Below, in pieces: positions 62,141-64,000 of a stretch of DNA of 64,000 bases. Numbering within the stretch: position 1 is the first letter of the stretch; the number at the start of each line of letters is the position of its first letter. The notes under the pieces were generated by a model. It was not told the origin of the DNA, made no database searches, and saw only the letters and a list, made by a program, of their open reading frames with translations. The stretch spans positions 160,001 through 224,000 of the forward strand of contig JAXHVD010000001.1 in assembly GCA_034189385.1 (NCBI GenBank), given 5' to 3'. Both the position numbers and the translations under genes were made by a program. This DNA comes from Thermodesulfobacteriota bacterium (GTDB lineage: Bacteria; Desulfobacterota; Desulfobacteria; Desulfobacterales; C00003060).

Positions 62141-62501
62141 GGGGACAGGTCCTTAGGCAGTGGACCATGCATGGTTAACATGAAACAGGACGCAATACAA
62201 TGCAGTCCGGGGACTTGGGTACAACCAGTTGACATGGCTGATTTTTCCCTTGCCCAAGAGGAATGGCCAGAAGGTGGCCTCATGAGCCGTTGGAACCGAT
62301 TGGGGTTCTGTCACGAGTCCATGGAGACAGGAGACTGGACAATTCAAGTTTCGGCTGATATGGACAATCCCTTGTCTTGTATTACATTACCTTTTGTCGG
62401 ATGCTTTTTCAGGTTGGCTTTGCCGGTTTCATGTCCCTCTGCCAGGGACCCCTTTTGCCAAAGCCGACGGATCAGTGTGAAACCATGCCAGGGCAACACC
62501 T

Positions 62502-62726
62502 ATGGAATCAGAACAGGCTCACAAGCGACCAAGACGCAGGCCCAGAAAGAAGAAGGTCTATTGCTGCCACCTCTGTGGCCGCCGACTTCCCTTCTGCTGG
62601 ACCTGCCGGTGCGGGTTTCAGATCTGTTCTGACTGCATGGAGGAAAACATGTGGGGGATGACCTGTAACGCCATTACGTGGACCTGCCCTGACTGTGGTG
62701 AGCAGCGTGGGTATGGGAACCAATGA
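62502..62726 (+). CDS. Small Cys-rich zinc-finger-like protein
   Basis: Basic N-terminus, then CCHLC..CWTCRC..CSDC..C..CPDC. Confidence 0.65.
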   Translation: MESEQAHKRPRRRPRKKKVYCCHLCGRRLPFCWTCRCGFQICSDCMEENMWGMTCNAITWTCPDCGEQRGYGNQ

Positions 62727-62827
62727 TCCTTGACGCAAGGGTGTGAGCCTGATATTATTAAATTTTAGGGCTGAGAACATAGACTTGGACGATTCCGGGT
62801 AAGCTTGCCCGGTTGTAAGATGATGCA

Positions 62828-62915
62828 GGAGGGATGGCCGAGTGGTTGAAGGCGGCGGTCTTGAAAACCGTTTCCCTGAAAGGGGACGTGGGTTCGAATC
62901 CTACTCCCTCCGCCA
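62828..62915 (+). tRNA. tRNA-Ser(UGA)
   Basis: Cloverleaf, anticodon arm gcggt-ctTGAaa-accgt, long variable arm, GGTTCGAATCC, 3' CCA. Confidence 0.96.
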
Positions 62916-63094
62916 TACTTTTTCGGTCCCGTCCTACTCAAAGAACGGGACTGGGGAGTGACTCCAATGCCTAGCCCAGGGGGCAACACGCGTGAGCGAG
63001 ACAGTTGTTTTCGGGACCAGGGCACCCTGTGGCTGAATGGAAAGGACGAGGTTGCACGTCACTTCTTGTTGCCGTTTGGATAAGCATGAACCGC

Positions 63095-63187
63095 GGAGAG
63101 ATGGCCGAGCTGGCTGAAGGCGCTCGCCTGCTAAGCGAGTGTGGGAGGAAACTTCTACCGAGGGTTCGAATCCCTCTCTCTCCGCCA
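63095..63187 (+). tRNA. tRNA-Ser(GCU)
   Basis: Cloverleaf, ctcgc-ctGCTaa-gcgag, long variable arm, GGTTCGAATCC, 3' CCA. Confidence 0.96.
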
Positions 63188-63271
63188 TGAACACTATGAG
63201 ATCAAGTGTGATGCCATTGTCATCCGTCGAAAGAAAGAGAGATAAGGGACACTGGCGGATATTTCAGAGAC

Positions 63272-64000
63272 ATGGATGATAGAGATAAAGAAAAGGAGAC
63301 TTTTTCTCATCGCATACTTATCGTCGATGACGAAGAGGTGATCAGGGCCACCCTTTGCCAGATCATGAATCACGCGGGCTACCAGTGCTCAAATGCCGCC
63401 AGTGCGAAAGAGGCCCTGCAGTTCTTGGACCACGAAAAGGTTGATGTGGTGATTACGGATATCAGGATGCCTGGTATGAACGGGTTTGCACTCACGGAAA
63501 CCATTAAACAGAAGCATCATGCTGATGTGATCATCATCACTGGTTACGGAGGCCAATTTTCTTATGAAGAGGCCATGGAGAAGGGTGCCAGCGATTTTGC
63601 GCTGAAGCCGGTTCGTCCCAAGGAACTCATTGCAAGGTTGAGACGGGTCCTCAGGGAACGGGCGCTCCTTGCCGAACGCAGGCGCATGGAAGAACAGTTG
63701 CGAGAGCTTACCGTCACTGATGACCTGACGAGACTCCATAACTCCAGGCACTTTTTCAAAATGCTTCAAGATGAAATAGACAGAGCCAGGCGCTATCATT
63801 CTCCTCTCTCTTTGCTATTGATGGATGTGGATGGCTTCAAACGTTTCAACGACGCCTACGGCCACTTGGAAGGAGACAAGGTCCTGTCAAAACTGGGGGA
63901 GGTTATTCGAGACTGTTTGCGGACCAATGACTCAGGCTATCGTTACGGGGGCGATGAGTTTACCGTGATCCTGCCCGTTACCCGTGGCCAGGAGGCAAAG
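63272..64000 (+). CDS. REC-GGDEF diguanylate cyclase (3' end beyond the window)
   Basis: Manual translation: ILIVDDE, TDIRMPG, ND.YGH..GD, RYGGDEF; absent from the ORF track because it runs off the end. Confidence 0.92.
   Translation, partial: MDDRDKEKETFSHRILIVDDEEVIRATLCQIMNHAGYQCSNAASAKEALQFLDHEKVDVVITDIRMPGMNGFALTETIKQKHHADVIIITGYGGQFSYEEAMEKGASDFALKPVRPKELIARLRRVLRERALLAERRRMEEQLRELTVTDDLTRLHNSRHFFKMLQDEIDRARRYHSPLSLLLMDVDGFKRFNDAYGHLEGDKVLSKLGEVIRDCLRTNDSGYRYGGDEFTVILPVTRGQEAK

Noticed and set aside
61673..62632. Long ORF-track entries antisense to real genes (for example 61673-62632, 45274-46209, 47868-48674, 38253-38996)
   Set aside because: Shadow ORFs opposite well-supported genes, with no recognisable motifs.
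62828..62915. tRNA containing TGA considered as tRNA-Sec
   Set aside because: Anticodon UGA reads UCA (Ser); tRNA-Sec needs anticodon UCA.
62828..64000. Integrative element at the tRNA-Ser genes
   Set aside because: No integrase or duplicated tRNA 3' end noticed in the window.

Overview
Chromosomal window from a likely Desulfobacterota (deltaproteobacterial) genome, judged from gene content and repeat types. Core genes include serS, thrC, ilvE, fabF, rdgB, gmhB, hldE, ispG, proS, relA/spoT, rpmB, ihfA, polA and two tRNA-Ser. Accessory content includes a minor type IV pilin cluster, a methylmalonyl-CoA carboxyltransferase/mutase cluster, signalling proteins, a LIV-family ABC transporter and many MITE/REP-like palindromes. 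The strongest hidden signals are five. (1) A DUF523/TudS-family gene has an in-frame TGA at the conserved SPSCG cysteine, followed by a SECIS-like hairpin, so it is a probable selenoprotein. (2) A Phe/Trp-rich leader peptide attenuator precedes the LIV-family transporter. (3) An orphan double-glycine-leader peptide sits behind a sigma-54 promoter. (4) A LigD phosphoesterase, an LMW-phosphatase fusion and a histidine kinase with a degenerate ATP site form an apparent operon. (5) Several structured-RNA candidates have no family I can assign. All calls come from reading the sequence; no database searches were run.
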